DNA from: Candidatus Bathyarchaeota archaeon
GTDB lineage: Archaea > Thermoproteota > Bathyarchaeia > Bathyarchaeales > Bathycorpusculaceae
DNA length: 64,000 bases
Assembly: GCA_963768425.1 (NCBI GenBank)
Contig: CAVYHV010000015.1
Coordinates: 32,001-96,000 of the forward strand
Reading direction: 5' to 3'
Shown: one piece after another, positions 51,069 to 60,621 of the stretch
How positions within the stretch are numbered: the first letter of the stretch is position 1
Layout of the letters: each line of letters begins with the position of its first letter
Position numbers and translations under genes: made by a program
The notes under the pieces: generated by a model
The model's input: the letters and a program-made list of their open reading frames with translations, nothing else
The model's database searches: none
What the model was told of the DNA's origin: nothing

Positions 51069-51317
51069 ATGAACAAATCAGAAGCTTTAGCGGTGTTGGG
51101 CGAGATTCGAGATGCCCTAAAAAACTCAGAGGTCTTAAGCTGCGTTTCCCTCGATGGCTCGCAGGTTTCTCACGTATCAACTGGTGGGTATGAAATAAAG
51201 ATGAAATGCGAATTAGACAGCGTCTCAAAGGACGCAATAAACGGCGTACTGAAAAGAAATGAACTATACATGAAAGAACAAAACGGCTATGTAATTTTCC
51301 GTTCTCTTAAAGACTAA
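51069..51317 (+). CDS. Small hypothetical protein
   Basis: MNKSEALAVLGEI...YEIKMK...LKRNELYMKEQNGYVIFR; similar to 52877..53092. Confidence 0.65.
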   Translation: MNKSEALAVLGEIRDALKNSEVLSCVSLDGSQVSHVSTGGYEIKMKCELDSVSKDAINGVLKRNELYMKEQNGYVIFRSLKD

Positions 51318-51929
51318 CATGACGTGATTAGCATCCTCGTTTTTCTAATCATATGACACTAGTCACGCCACTTCTATGAAATGCTGTCTTTTGATTGCTC
51401 ACTGTGCGTATGCTCTAAAGAGATTACATGTTTTGTTTTGACTCATCTTTCTATGCTTGATATTTGAGAGATGCCCAAGATGCTGTGACACCGATTAGCG
51501 ATTCCTTTGCAAGCTTTTTTCAAAAGACAAAGAAAGCGAAGTAAGCGCGCACTTAAGTAACATGGAAAGGGGTAAGGGAGTTTGCAATATTAAGATTTGA
51601 GGTTTACAAAAGCAAATAAAGTTATGCAACACAATCCACTGTGAGGGAGAAGGCAAATGCAAGAGCCATCGCACACGTGGATTCCTAGAACAGGCAGACA
51701 ATTGTTCATGAGGTGTGTCGATATCATGTGCCTCTTCGGAATAGCCGGTTATGCTTTAAAACTTCCGACATTCTTTAACAACTGGGTTTACTATCCGTTG
51801 TCGCCGAACCTCGGGGACAGCTTATTCCTATTAGTCTGCGTTGCATGGTTTGTAGTGAGATTACGAAAGCTCTATGTCTGCAATTAAAAAGCAATAAGTA
51901 CGCGCTTTGCGGTATTATATCGGCCTTTT

Positions 51930-52142
51930 TCAAACACTTTTATCAACATTGTAATTTTCCACGCGCTCCATTATCCCCCAATCTACACTTTCTAAAACCA
52001 CCACACTAAGTTCTTTATCCTTATTTACTCTTAATTCTGTTCCACAGCTAGGGCATTGAATTATTTCTCCAACTTCAGCATACTTTAAGAAATCTGCTTT
52101 ATTTGAGAAATCATATCCACATTCAGGACATTTTGCACTCAT
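51930..52142 (-). CDS. LysW/ArgW-like zinc-ribbon carrier protein with aberrant C-terminus
   Basis: CPECG...EVGEIIQCPSCGTELRV...ESVDWG. Confidence 0.65.
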   Translation of the reverse strand: MSAKCPECGYDFSNKADFLKYAEVGEIIQCPSCGTELRVNKDKELSVVVLESVDWGIMERVENYNVDKSV

Positions 52143-52876
52143 GTGTTATACACCTCACAAGCTATGAAGCCGCGTCAATAGCCGCCTGGAAGTCGGCAGC
52201 ACTAGAACCCGTTAAAACATTACGCATGTTGTACGCCAAATAATAATTTGGTTTTGAATTATTAGATTTTATGAATTTCTGATAAGCGTTCGTGGTTAGA
52301 TAACAATAACTCTGGACAGTAGTTGGTAGGCTGGAACTTTGGGTTTGAATGTCTGTTTTTCTCGTCAGCATTCTCTGTTAATAGACGCGGACGTTTGCGG
52401 AGTAAGGCTGTCGCCATTACTCTTAATTTCTTGGCAGGCTTTCTTTCCTGAAGAAAAGGGAAGCGGAGCAAACAAGCGGGGGCGATGCAAAAAGAGCACG
52501 CGTTCGATCTTAATCTGAACGAGAAAAGCGATTACTTTATTATTTTTTGGTTTAGAAAAGTTATTTTACTATTTTGAATTTGCTTTTGCATTCATTACAA
52601 GTGTAGCCCTCAATTACGAAATAGCTGTTCTGTAAAAGCGTTTGAGGCTTTGAAACTTCTTTGTGACAGTTAGGACATTCAGCCACTTAGATCAACTCTC
52701 TCCGTACGTTACAGTACTATATGATATATTAAGTTATGATGTAACATCATGTGACAACACATCAACAATCAAAAATATAGATTAATTATTCAGCTATTTG
52801 GCTTCGATCTCGAGTTTCTTTGAAAATTGCATAAAGTTTATTAAATTTGTACGTTCTCAAGGGGCTGAGGGGTAAC

Positions 52877-53092
52877 TTGTTCGATAGGAAAGAAGCTGTT
52901 GCTTTATTAAGAGAGTTAGGTTTAGAGCATTTAATACAACCTTCTTTCGTCATCCTCAAACAAAGAACACCTAACAGTTACCAATTAGAGATTAAAGGCG
53001 AATATGACCACGAAGAAATTGAGGTCTTTCTAAAGAAAAGAAACTTAACATATCAAGAGAAGAAAGACTATTTAGTTATTTTTAAGCCATAA
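52877..53092 (+). CDS. Small hypothetical protein
   Basis: DRKEAVALLREL...YQLEIK...FLKKRNLTYQEKKDYLVIFKP. Confidence 0.65.
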   Translation: MFDRKEAVALLRELGLEHLIQPSFVILKQRTPNSYQLEIKGEYDHEEIEVFLKKRNLTYQEKKDYLVIFKP

Positions 53093-53112
53093 GGAAAAAT
53101 GATAATAAGTCG

Positions 53113-53238
53113 TTATCTAGTAACTTTGAAACAGCAGTTACAGTTCATACATGTGTAGGCTTCGACACGGAAAAGCTGAGTTTCCAACATTTTGTTAGGT
53201 TCTGCAACTTCTTCGCCACAGTTAGGGCATTTAGCCAT
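53113..53238 (-). CDS. Small zinc-ribbon protein
   Basis: MAKCPNCGEEVAEPNKMLETQLFRVEAYTCMNCNCCFKVTR. Confidence 0.6.
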   Translation of the reverse strand: MAKCPNCGEEVAEPNKMLETQLFRVEAYTCMNCNCCFKVTR

Positions 53239-53601
53239 TTTGATCTCTCGGTACGGTACAATGCCTTCCAATAGAGGAACAACTATTACTTGAAAATATG
53301 TTGGCACACTTTGATACAACAAACAACCAGAACCAGGAGTGTGCGTTTTTTCTCTGCGCTCTTAATAATTTTTGCTTATTGTTTTCTTTATCTGTAGGAA
53401 AAAAACACTATAGGTCTCAAGAGGTCTTACTATGCAGTACTCAACATGCGAAATAAGTCGTCTCTTAAATGCAAGTTTTGGATATCATTTTTCTTAAAAC
53501 CAAGCGTTTATACTATAAAACGATGACACTTCTTTTTGGTTTACAGTTTGCTTTGCAATACAAGACCTTGATCGCAAGGTCGTCTATCTGTCGTCTATCT
53601 G

Positions 53602-54117
53602 TTAATAGAGCGAAGCCACGATTGCAGTTGTGATCTCTTGAATTTGTGGAACCTCTGTTTGTATTTGAGAAATAAGTAGCTGCAGGTCTTTGTTATCGCT
53701 AGTTTTTACCGCGCATATTAGGTCGTAGGGTCCGAAGACCGTATCAGCCGACAAGACTTTAGGTATACCTTGAAGCTTTTCTTGGACTAGTTCAAGATTT
53801 CTAGGTTGAGTATGCAGGAGTAGGAAAGCATACGGTTCCTCAGCAAAAGATTTGCCTTCTGAGATTACAATAAGGGTTTCCGTCTTGTCAATCATTGCTC
53901 CTTGAGCAGAAATTGTTCTAATTGGGTCGAACCATTTGCTGATAAATTCGTCAAGGTTTTTTAATCCGCGTAGTTGGATAAGAACTTCAGCAGGACCAAG
54001 AAGCAAGTATATATCTTTCTTGGATAGACCAATTTTAATCAACTCATCCAAAACTTTGGTTTTAGCGCCCACTTTGCAAGATAACGTATTGCAAGATAAT
54101 ATCATATATACCTTCAT
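53602..54117 (-). CDS. Tandem Lrp/AsnC ligand-binding (RAM) domain protein without HTH
   Basis: LLLGPAEVLI and DTVFGPYDLICAV repeats. Confidence 0.8.
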   Translation of the reverse strand: MKVYMILSCNTLSCKVGAKTKVLDELIKIGLSKKDIYLLLGPAEVLIQLRGLKNLDEFISKWFDPIRTISAQGAMIDKTETLIVISEGKSFAEEPYAFLLLHTQPRNLELVQEKLQGIPKVLSADTVFGPYDLICAVKTSDNKDLQLLISQIQTEVPQIQEITTAIVASLY

Positions 54118-54237
54118 AAAGTGGTCAATAGTATATTGACATAATCAGCTTGATAAGCCTAACGTAATTTTGACTTTAAGAAAGACAAGATAGCACACTT
54201 ATTCTTGCCAATACGAATGTAATGTCCGAGTTGGACT

Positions 54238-54262
54238 TTTGGGCTGGTGTGTTGGTTGTAAC
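54238..54262 (-). repeat. Displaced copy of the RNase P RNA 3' end (att-like)
   Basis: TTTGGGCTGGTGTGTTGGTTGTAAC is identical to 56116-56140. Confidence 0.9.
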
Positions 54263-54723
54263 ACACCTATTTTGGCGAAATTGCCACAGTTTCCCCCTCT
54301 TTTTACTCTTGACCAACTAAAAGATAGTTCTTAATGGAAGCTTTTTCTTTAATGATTTCAACATCCCCTCTTTTACTCGTTTTTTTCGGGCTACTTGTTG
54401 ACTATCTTAAGCACACGATAGGATACTCTCCTCGGTCAGAACTATGATAATTGAGGGTCAAGCGCGCGCAACGAAGACTTGATAGAACTATAACTAAATT
54501 TAGGGAACTCAAATAAATACAATGACATTTTTCAACGTTGAGCTCCTAAAGGAGTTTTAGCGAAACATTACACACCCTCAAAGAGTTAGGAAGTTACATG
54601 AAATCTATGACTAGGCAAATTTCAGATTACGCGATTAATAATATCTTTTTTTAGAAAACATGTTGCGCCTAATTCAGTCAACAAAAAGCTTAAGTAGTTA
54701 TTCAAAACAAAAGGGACTAAATA

Positions 54724-55143
54724 GTGTTCAAGATGACTAATCCTACACCTTTAATAAGTGATTCAAACAGATTAAAATCACAAGGGGCAGCACAGATTTT
54801 ATCAATCGCCATATTCATAGCAGTGATTGTCTTCTCTTTAGCCGCATACTATTATATTAAACGCCCTTTTTGGGTTGCCATCTCCGCCGGTGCCTTAGGC
54901 GGATTAGTGCACGAAATGGTTCAAAGCGGCGGTAAGTATGTTCTTCCAAACACTGACGAAAATGGAGACTTCATGTTGGGTGGCTTAGTTGGATTACTTG
55001 CAGGAGGAATAGCTGGAGTGTTAACATATGAAGCACTTCTAGGAACGACTCCCATTCCATTTCCGGCAATAGCTGTTACCGCCTTCTTGGCTGGAGCAGC
55101 AGTAAAAGGAATAGCAGATGCGGCAAATCCTCCAAAAAAATAG
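54724..55143 (+). CDS. Hypothetical Gly-rich membrane protein
   Basis: Four TM segments; AGALGGLVHEMVQSGGK. Confidence 0.7.
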   Translation: MFKMTNPTPLISDSNRLKSQGAAQILSIAIFIAVIVFSLAAYYYIKRPFWVAISAGALGGLVHEMVQSGGKYVLPNTDENGDFMLGGLVGLLAGGIAGVLTYEALLGTTPIPFPAIAVTAFLAGAAVKGIADAANPPKK

Positions 55144-55423
55144 AGCGTTTACTAGTTAAGCATTACAAAACACAAGAGCTCAAACTGCCTTCTGCAAACT
55201 GCACTATGTGTCATCTTAAGTCTGCAGTTGACTCTTTTAATAACCGATTTTTCCATGAGGAATTACCGCATTATTTTTAGTTTAAAGAACTTGTAAAGTC
55301 CAAATCAACAAAATATTAATGTTTGAGTCCAAAAAGTTTTCCAACAATTTTTAGCGTCACCATATCCCAGGGTGGGAAAGCTTTTATGCTATTCAAAACA
55401 AGATAAAATATAGGGGTTTTGAA

Positions 55424-55978
55424 ATGTCTGTAGAGTCGGGAAAAAATTTGGGCGGCATCGGTTCCATATTCTTGGTGATACCAATTCCATTTCTGAGCAT
55501 CGTTGGCATAATACTAGTCCTTTTTGGAATGAACAACTTATCTAAAGCGTACAACGACCCAAGCATTTGGCAAAACACGCTCTATGCTGTGGTCTTCGGA
55601 ATAATAGGAATAATTGCAGCTGGCTTAACTCTTGTCTCGCTGTTTTTCGGAGGGATTTTCGCTAGCGGTGTTTTTGTAGCGGGCACAGGATTAGCAGGAT
55701 TTTTTGCAGGACTCATCGTATTTCTGGTGGTAGCTTTCATATTCTATATACTTGAAGCTATCTATATCAGAAGAGCATTTGATTCTCTCGCAAACAAATC
55801 TGGAGTTGGGTTATTTAGAACTGGAGGATTGCTTTTGCTAATCGGTGCGGTTCTTACAATAGTTTTGGTTGGTTTGTTCTTAATTTTCATCGCGTGGATA
55901 CTGATACTTGTAGCTTTCTTCCAGATACCAACAAGTTCAATGCCTCCGCAGTCTCAGATGCCACCGCCACCAATGTAG
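55424..55978 (+). CDS. DUF996 family membrane protein
   Basis: KNLGGIGSI...LSKAYNDPSIW...SGVGLFRTGGLLLLIGAVLTIVLVG; Pro-rich tail. Confidence 0.85.
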   Translation: MSVESGKNLGGIGSIFLVIPIPFLSIVGIILVLFGMNNLSKAYNDPSIWQNTLYAVVFGIIGIIAAGLTLVSLFFGGIFASGVFVAGTGLAGFFAGLIVFLVVAFIFYILEAIYIRRAFDSLANKSGVGLFRTGGLLLLIGAVLTIVLVGLFLIFIAWILILVAFFQIPTSSMPPQSQMPPPPM

Positions 55979-56118
55979 TGACCTAAATTTTCTTTTTTTT
56001 CTTCCATGTTCTTAGTCGTTAATTTTTCTTGTGTTAGAGCGCACTAAAAAGAGTTGTTTGGCTTTTGCGTTTGGTGCGTTGGGTTTTTGAAAACCTCTGT
56101 TGTTTACAACAAAGATTT

Positions 56119-56436
56119 GGGCTGGTGTGTTGGTTGTAACCCGCCTTCTGTTGTCTGTGGCATTCGGCTAATCGGGCTACCCGCGCCTTGGGTAGAGTCC
56201 TCATTGGCGACTGTTTGCCCTTTCCACTTGCAGGACGGCCGTTTCACCGGTTCCATGTTGGCGCACTCGACCTCACTAAGGCGTCATCGACAAGTCCAAC
56301 TGGACGTTTCGTTTCTGCTCCGTTGCTAACGCTCTCGCGTTGCTCCTTTTGGGGAGCTGCAATTCTACACGTGGGCGGAGTTTCCTCAGACCCATCATTT
56401 CTTGGGTCCGAAAGCCACACACCAACTCGCCAGCCC
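56119..56436 (-). ncRNA. rnpB: Archaeal RNase P RNA
   Basis: Minus strand contains GAGGAAACTCCGCCC and ACAGAAGGCGGGTTA (P4 pseudoknot halves), GCAGAAACGA, TGAAACGGCCGTCC, and a terminal GGGCTGG/CCAGCCC P1 helix. Confidence 0.95.
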
Positions 56437-56482
56437 AACCAACAACGCACGTTGGCAAGCAATAAGAATTTCTATCATTACC

Positions 56483-57364
56483 TTAGGCGAGTTTGCCCTC
56501 TGCGATTAAAAAGACTTTGCCGCCGACCTCCGCCTGCAGAGCGTCGCCAGACTTGTAGGCTTTCAGCAGAAGCAGCGAGGGACGTCCCATTTCAATGCCT
56601 TGCTCAACCGTAACATCAACTTCATCGGTGCCGAAGTAGCGATAATGCGATAGGTAACCTGCAAGGCAGCCGTTTCCTGACCCAGTTGCTGGATCCTCAG
56701 GGATGCCGAACAAGTTTACGAATACGCGAACATGCAGATCTGTGCCTCCATGGATTGTTTGAGAGCAGAAAATCAATATGCCTCCTTTGACTTCGCTGGT
56801 CATCTCGCGGAGACGAGTAATGTTTATGGTTGCTCGTTTGGCTGCATCTAAGGTTTTTAGAGGCACAATTATGAAGGGCATGCCTGTGGAAACTTCCTGA
56901 ATTGGGAACCGATGGTCAAAATCCGCTTCGTTAATTTGCAGAACTTTAGCGAGCTTCGAGGTTGCGAATGTTTCTCCGAAAACTGGGGGAACCTGCTTCA
57001 TCCACAACGTTTCTTGATCGGCATCTTTTTCGAAGCTGACAGGTATCTGCCCAACCTTTAGATTAAGCATAACTTTGTCCTCTTTGTCGCCTGCTATGAA
57101 ATGTTTGATTACGTATGCTGTGCCCAAGGTTGGGTGTCCTGCGAAAGGAATCTCAGAATTGGGTGTGAAGATGCGTACATCGTAGCCTCCGTTCCGCGGC
57201 AGGCTTGAAAGAATGAAAGTGGTTTCTGAAAAATGCATCTCGTTCGCTATCTTCTGCATCTCCACAGTCGCAAAACCGCCTGCGTTAATGAACACTGCAA
57301 GCTGGTTGCCTGCATATTTTTCCTGCCCGAACACATCAACCAAATAAAATTTTAAACCGTTCAT
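56483..57364 (-). CDS. PhzF family isomerase
   Basis: VDVF....YAGNQLAV, FSETTF, EIPFAGHPTLG and EDPATGSGNG motifs. Confidence 0.92.
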   Translation of the reverse strand: MNGLKFYLVDVFGQEKYAGNQLAVFINAGGFATVEMQKIANEMHFSETTFILSSLPRNGGYDVRIFTPNSEIPFAGHPTLGTAYVIKHFIAGDKEDKVMLNLKVGQIPVSFEKDADQETLWMKQVPPVFGETFATSKLAKVLQINEADFDHRFPIQEVSTGMPFIIVPLKTLDAAKRATINITRLREMTSEVKGGILIFCSQTIHGGTDLHVRVFVNLFGIPEDPATGSGNGCLAGYLSHYRYFGTDEVDVTVEQGIEMGRPSLLLLKAYKSGDALQAEVGGKVFLIAEGKLA

Positions 57365-57445
57365 CTAAACCGCCTATTTACTGGAATACAATTGAGCGGT
57401 TAGTTAGCGGAACGGATAAAACTTTCCTCACACAACACTCTAAAC

Positions 57446-58030
57446 ATGAATAAACGAGTCATCCTCATCACGGGAACGCCATGCACGGGAAAAACAACCA
57501 CTGCCAAAGCATTAGCCGCTAAGATCAACGCAGCGTACATTAACCTCACCGATTTCGCGAAAACCAACAGCCTCACCTTAGGTGAGGACAAAGAAAGAAA
57601 AACCATCATAATTGATGAAGAAAAAATGCCTCAAAAACTCGCCGAAACCATAAGCGCTTCAGAAAAAGAAGACATCATCATTGACGGCCACTATGCCGCC
57701 GCCGTAACCCCAACAGCTCTTGTTACTAAAGTTTTTGTTTTGCGCCGCAACCCAAAGGAGCTTAAGGTTTTCATGGAAAGGTGTGGGTATGTGGACTCAA
57801 AACTGTGGGAGAATCTTCAGGCGGAAATCGTTGACGTTTGTCTTGTTGAAGCTATTCAGAGTCAGCGGGGAAAAGTGTGCGAACTCGACGTTACGGGTTT
57901 GTCGGTTGACGAGGTTGTTAGTATGATCTTGGATGTTTTAGATGAAAGAAAAGCCTGCTACGTGGGTATTGTTGATTGGTTGGGCGTTCTTGAGCGGGAA
58001 GGGTTGACGGATCAGTACCTGAAAGTTTAG
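57446..58030 (+). CDS. Adenylate kinase, AK6/Fap7 type
   Basis: LITGTPCTGKTT P-loop, IIDGHY, and VFVLRRNP...ENLQAEI. Confidence 0.88.
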   Translation: MNKRVILITGTPCTGKTTTAKALAAKINAAYINLTDFAKTNSLTLGEDKERKTIIIDEEKMPQKLAETISASEKEDIIIDGHYAAAVTPTALVTKVFVLRRNPKELKVFMERCGYVDSKLWENLQAEIVDVCLVEAIQSQRGKVCELDVTGLSVDEVVSMILDVLDERKACYVGIVDWLGVLEREGLTDQYLKV

Positions 58031-58242
58031 TTTCTCGGTTTCTTGTGCTGCAGTGCGCTGACGCAAAATGTATTCCTGTGAAAAACGCCGAGCGTCGAAT
58101 TATGAAAATTGTTATCAAAGAATATTGACGTGTTACGTGAAACGATTGGCTTCAGAGTTAACTACGCTGTCAGTCAATTCTTGTTGTTTAAACCACTTGG
58201 CTGTATAAATAGAAGCCTAAACAGATTTGAGCTCTAAAACAG

Positions 58243-58605
58243 CTACATGAAGGCGCCCATTTTTTGTTTGGTAAGTAAAGTGATTTTTCGGCGGTTGCTG
58301 TAGGATTTGGCGTGGTCGCTGAATTTGTCGGCTATCATGATTGGACTGCCCAGGCCGACGTCTTCTGAAGCCGTGTCTAACCCTATGATCAAATTGACGC
58401 CGACGGTGCGGTTCCAATCCCTGACCCAGACGCCTTGCTCTTGGCGGCCTTTCTGCACGATAAGGTCGAAGTGGCGGGTTGCACCGCTGTATCCATCCAT
58501 GGCAGCGTTTTCCTTGTTTACTTTGTACCCTTCTTTCTTGAAGTACTTAACCGCCAACCCAATCAGGTTTGCCCTGGGCTTTACTTGTACTACATCCTTG
58601 CTCAT
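58243..58605 (-). CDS. Mrr-like restriction-endonuclease-fold protein
   Basis: YFKKEGYKV...GYSGATRHFDLIV...VWVRDWNRTVGVN...ADKFSDHAKSY. Confidence 0.7.
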   Translation of the reverse strand: MSKDVVQVKPRANLIGLAVKYFKKEGYKVNKENAAMDGYSGATRHFDLIVQKGRQEQGVWVRDWNRTVGVNLIIGLDTASEDVGLGSPIMIADKFSDHAKSYSNRRKITLLTKQKMGAFM

Positions 58606-58678
58606 AACGCACGCTCCCTTTTCCCTTGCATACCCTTATCAACATGTAAGTGGAAAAGCCTTTCGGAAGCGACAGCAG

Positions 58679-58876
58679 TTGAAACCGACCCAGATCGTGA
58701 AATGCACAAAATGCCAAGGTTTAATGTTAACCACGAAACAACAGAAAACCAAAATCTGCCCCTACTGCGGCGCACACGTGGACCTTTTAAAAGCGCAGAA
58801 AGTGGCTTCAGCAAAGAACCCCTTCGAAGCTTCGACGCTACTTCGAAAACTAAAAAGCGAAAAAGGATTCACATAG
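58679..58876 (+). CDS. DUF1922-like zinc-ribbon protein
   Basis: IVKCTKCQGL...KTKICPYCG...EASTLLRKLK. Confidence 0.75.
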   Translation: MKPTQIVKCTKCQGLMLTTKQQKTKICPYCGAHVDLLKAQKVASAKNPFEASTLLRKLKSEKGFT

Positions 58877-58883
58877 CCACGAT

Positions 58884-59822
58884 TCAACGTATCTGACGCA
58901 GCATCTCGCATGTCTTACACAAATCCCCTGCGGACGGCTCACCACATTCAACACAGGTTTTAAACCCTTCCTTAGACGCGGTCTCTTCTAACGCTGGCCT
59001 CAATCTATCCATTGCTCTGAACACTGTGAATTTGGTTCCCGCATGCTTCGACTCCATGCGGTTTAGCATCCAACGAATGTCATTGCGCAGGGCTTCGGAA
59101 GCATATGGGCACGGGGTATCTTGGAACTTGATTTTTTTCACGTATGCATAGAGGGCGCTTTCGTTCTCTGGAATTTCGCAGAAAGGCTTGATTTTCTGCA
59201 CCAAGAGCGGATGCACTTCGCCCGTGACGGGTTTCCCCTTCGCGAGACGTGTGATGTCGCCGCGGAAGATGTTCATGAGCACGGTTTGGGCTTCGTCATC
59301 AAGGGTGTGGGCTGTTGCAACCTTGTTGGCGTGGACTTGTCTTGCAGCAATGTTGATTGCTTTGCGCCGAAGAACCCCGCAGTAAGCGCACGCAGTCAAT
59401 TCTGTTTGCCCTTTGGAACGGGCTTTCATTATCATTTCGTCAAGCGTAAATCCATATAGATCCTTAAAGGAGACGACGTGATGCGGAATCTTAAGTTGCA
59501 TGCAGCTTTCAGCTGCAATTGCTAGGGCTTCGTTTCGGTACCCGGCGATTCCTTCGTCGACTGTTACGGCTGTGAGCTTGGTTTTTGGGCGGCGACGATT
59601 CATCTTCACTAAAATGGACAGTAGGCTTAGGCTGTCTTTGCCTCCTGAGACTGCCACCGCAAGATGGTCATTGAAGTTTAGCATATGGTAGCGGGTGATG
59701 GTTGCGCGCACTTTGCTTTCGATAGACTCCGTGAAGCACTTTTTGCACAGCGTTTCCCCTGAGTATTGCCTGTGAAAGAAGGCTTCTCGGGTTTTACAGA
59801 TACTGCAGAGCGTGGCACTCAT
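58884..59822 (-). CDS. tRNA 2-thiolation protein (TtuA/Ncs6/NcsA family)
   Basis: CSIC...CKKC, AVSGGKDS PP-loop, CAYCGVLRR, TAHTLDDEAQT, CPY and a C-terminal CVECG...CKTC. Confidence 0.9.
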   Translation of the reverse strand: MSATLCSICKTREAFFHRQYSGETLCKKCFTESIESKVRATITRYHMLNFNDHLAVAVSGGKDSLSLLSILVKMNRRRPKTKLTAVTVDEGIAGYRNEALAIAAESCMQLKIPHHVVSFKDLYGFTLDEMIMKARSKGQTELTACAYCGVLRRKAINIAARQVHANKVATAHTLDDEAQTVLMNIFRGDITRLAKGKPVTGEVHPLLVQKIKPFCEIPENESALYAYVKKIKFQDTPCPYASEALRNDIRWMLNRMESKHAGTKFTVFRAMDRLRPALEETASKEGFKTCVECGEPSAGDLCKTCEMLRQIR

Positions 59823-59914
59823 CGTTTTCCCAAGCTTAAGAGTAATCAAATGTTGATTAACGGTTAAGGTAAATAAACAATGCAGTCTTAAAACACTATA
59901 AAGGCTGGAAAAAC

Positions 59915-60619
59915 ATGGCTGTCAAGCCGACTAAACCCGCAGACTATAAAGAAGTAAACTACACATCGGCACGTTGGGAGCTGCTGCGTGAGCTTCGGGG
60001 CGAAGCGGCTTGGGTTATGTCAGCTTTGGAAGCTTTTCATTTGCAGTCAATTACGCATGGAAGCTTAGCCAGAGGCAACGTTAAGAAGGGAAGCGACGTG
60101 GACGTGTTCATCGGTGAAGTGCAGAACAGCTTCCTTGTGGAAACCGCATTGGAAAAAGCAGGTGTTCCGGTTAACTCCAGACGTATTGTTCAAGCCACCC
60201 CGACGTACGCTATGAAGGCACATATCGAAGTTAGTGAACGGATCACGGTCACTTTTCCCCTGATGGAGATGCGAACGGTTGAACGGGAGTTTTACCGTTT
60301 CGGCGGCGAAACAGACCTCAGACAACTCAAAGAAAGCGTTCGGGTTCCAGGCGTAGATAAGAGGTTGATGCTTATTGAACCAACAGAAACGGGTCACGTA
60401 GAAAGCAGCGTCATCGGCAAAGAACAAACTGCCGCGAAATTTCTAGGCATTTCCGCCGAAACCGTTCGTGACAGGGTTCACACCTTAATGAAAAGAGACA
60501 CAACGGGAAGAACAGGTGTATTCATTAAAAAGGAACTTATGCCTGACGAAACCTTCGAGTTAGCACTCAAAAAATTGGCTGACTTGAACCCTGCAGTTAG
60601 ACGCAGAATGAAAAAATAG
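59915..60619 (+). CDS. Nucleotidyltransferase-domain protein
   Basis: HGSLARGNVKKGSDVDVF, EFYRFGG, RVPGVDKRL and GRTGVF motifs. Confidence 0.85.
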   Translation: MAVKPTKPADYKEVNYTSARWELLRELRGEAAWVMSALEAFHLQSITHGSLARGNVKKGSDVDVFIGEVQNSFLVETALEKAGVPVNSRRIVQATPTYAMKAHIEVSERITVTFPLMEMRTVEREFYRFGGETDLRQLKESVRVPGVDKRLMLIEPTETGHVESSVIGKEQTAAKFLGISAETVRDRVHTLMKRDTTGRTGVFIKKELMPDETFELALKKLADLNPAVRRRMKK

Positions 60620-60621
60620 GT

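Noticed and set aside
52162-52471. ORFs ending TGSSAADFQAAIDAAS (thioredoxin/DsbA-like tail)
   Set aside because: Only a few residues resemble the family; too little evidence to call.
53579-53602. GTCGTCTATCT tandem duplication
   Set aside because: Two short copies beside a stop codon; ordinary slippage.
56054-56613. ORFs 56054..56329, 56188..56613, 56244..56462 and 56276..56458
   Set aside because: They overlap the GC-rich RNase P RNA gene and have no protein-like features.
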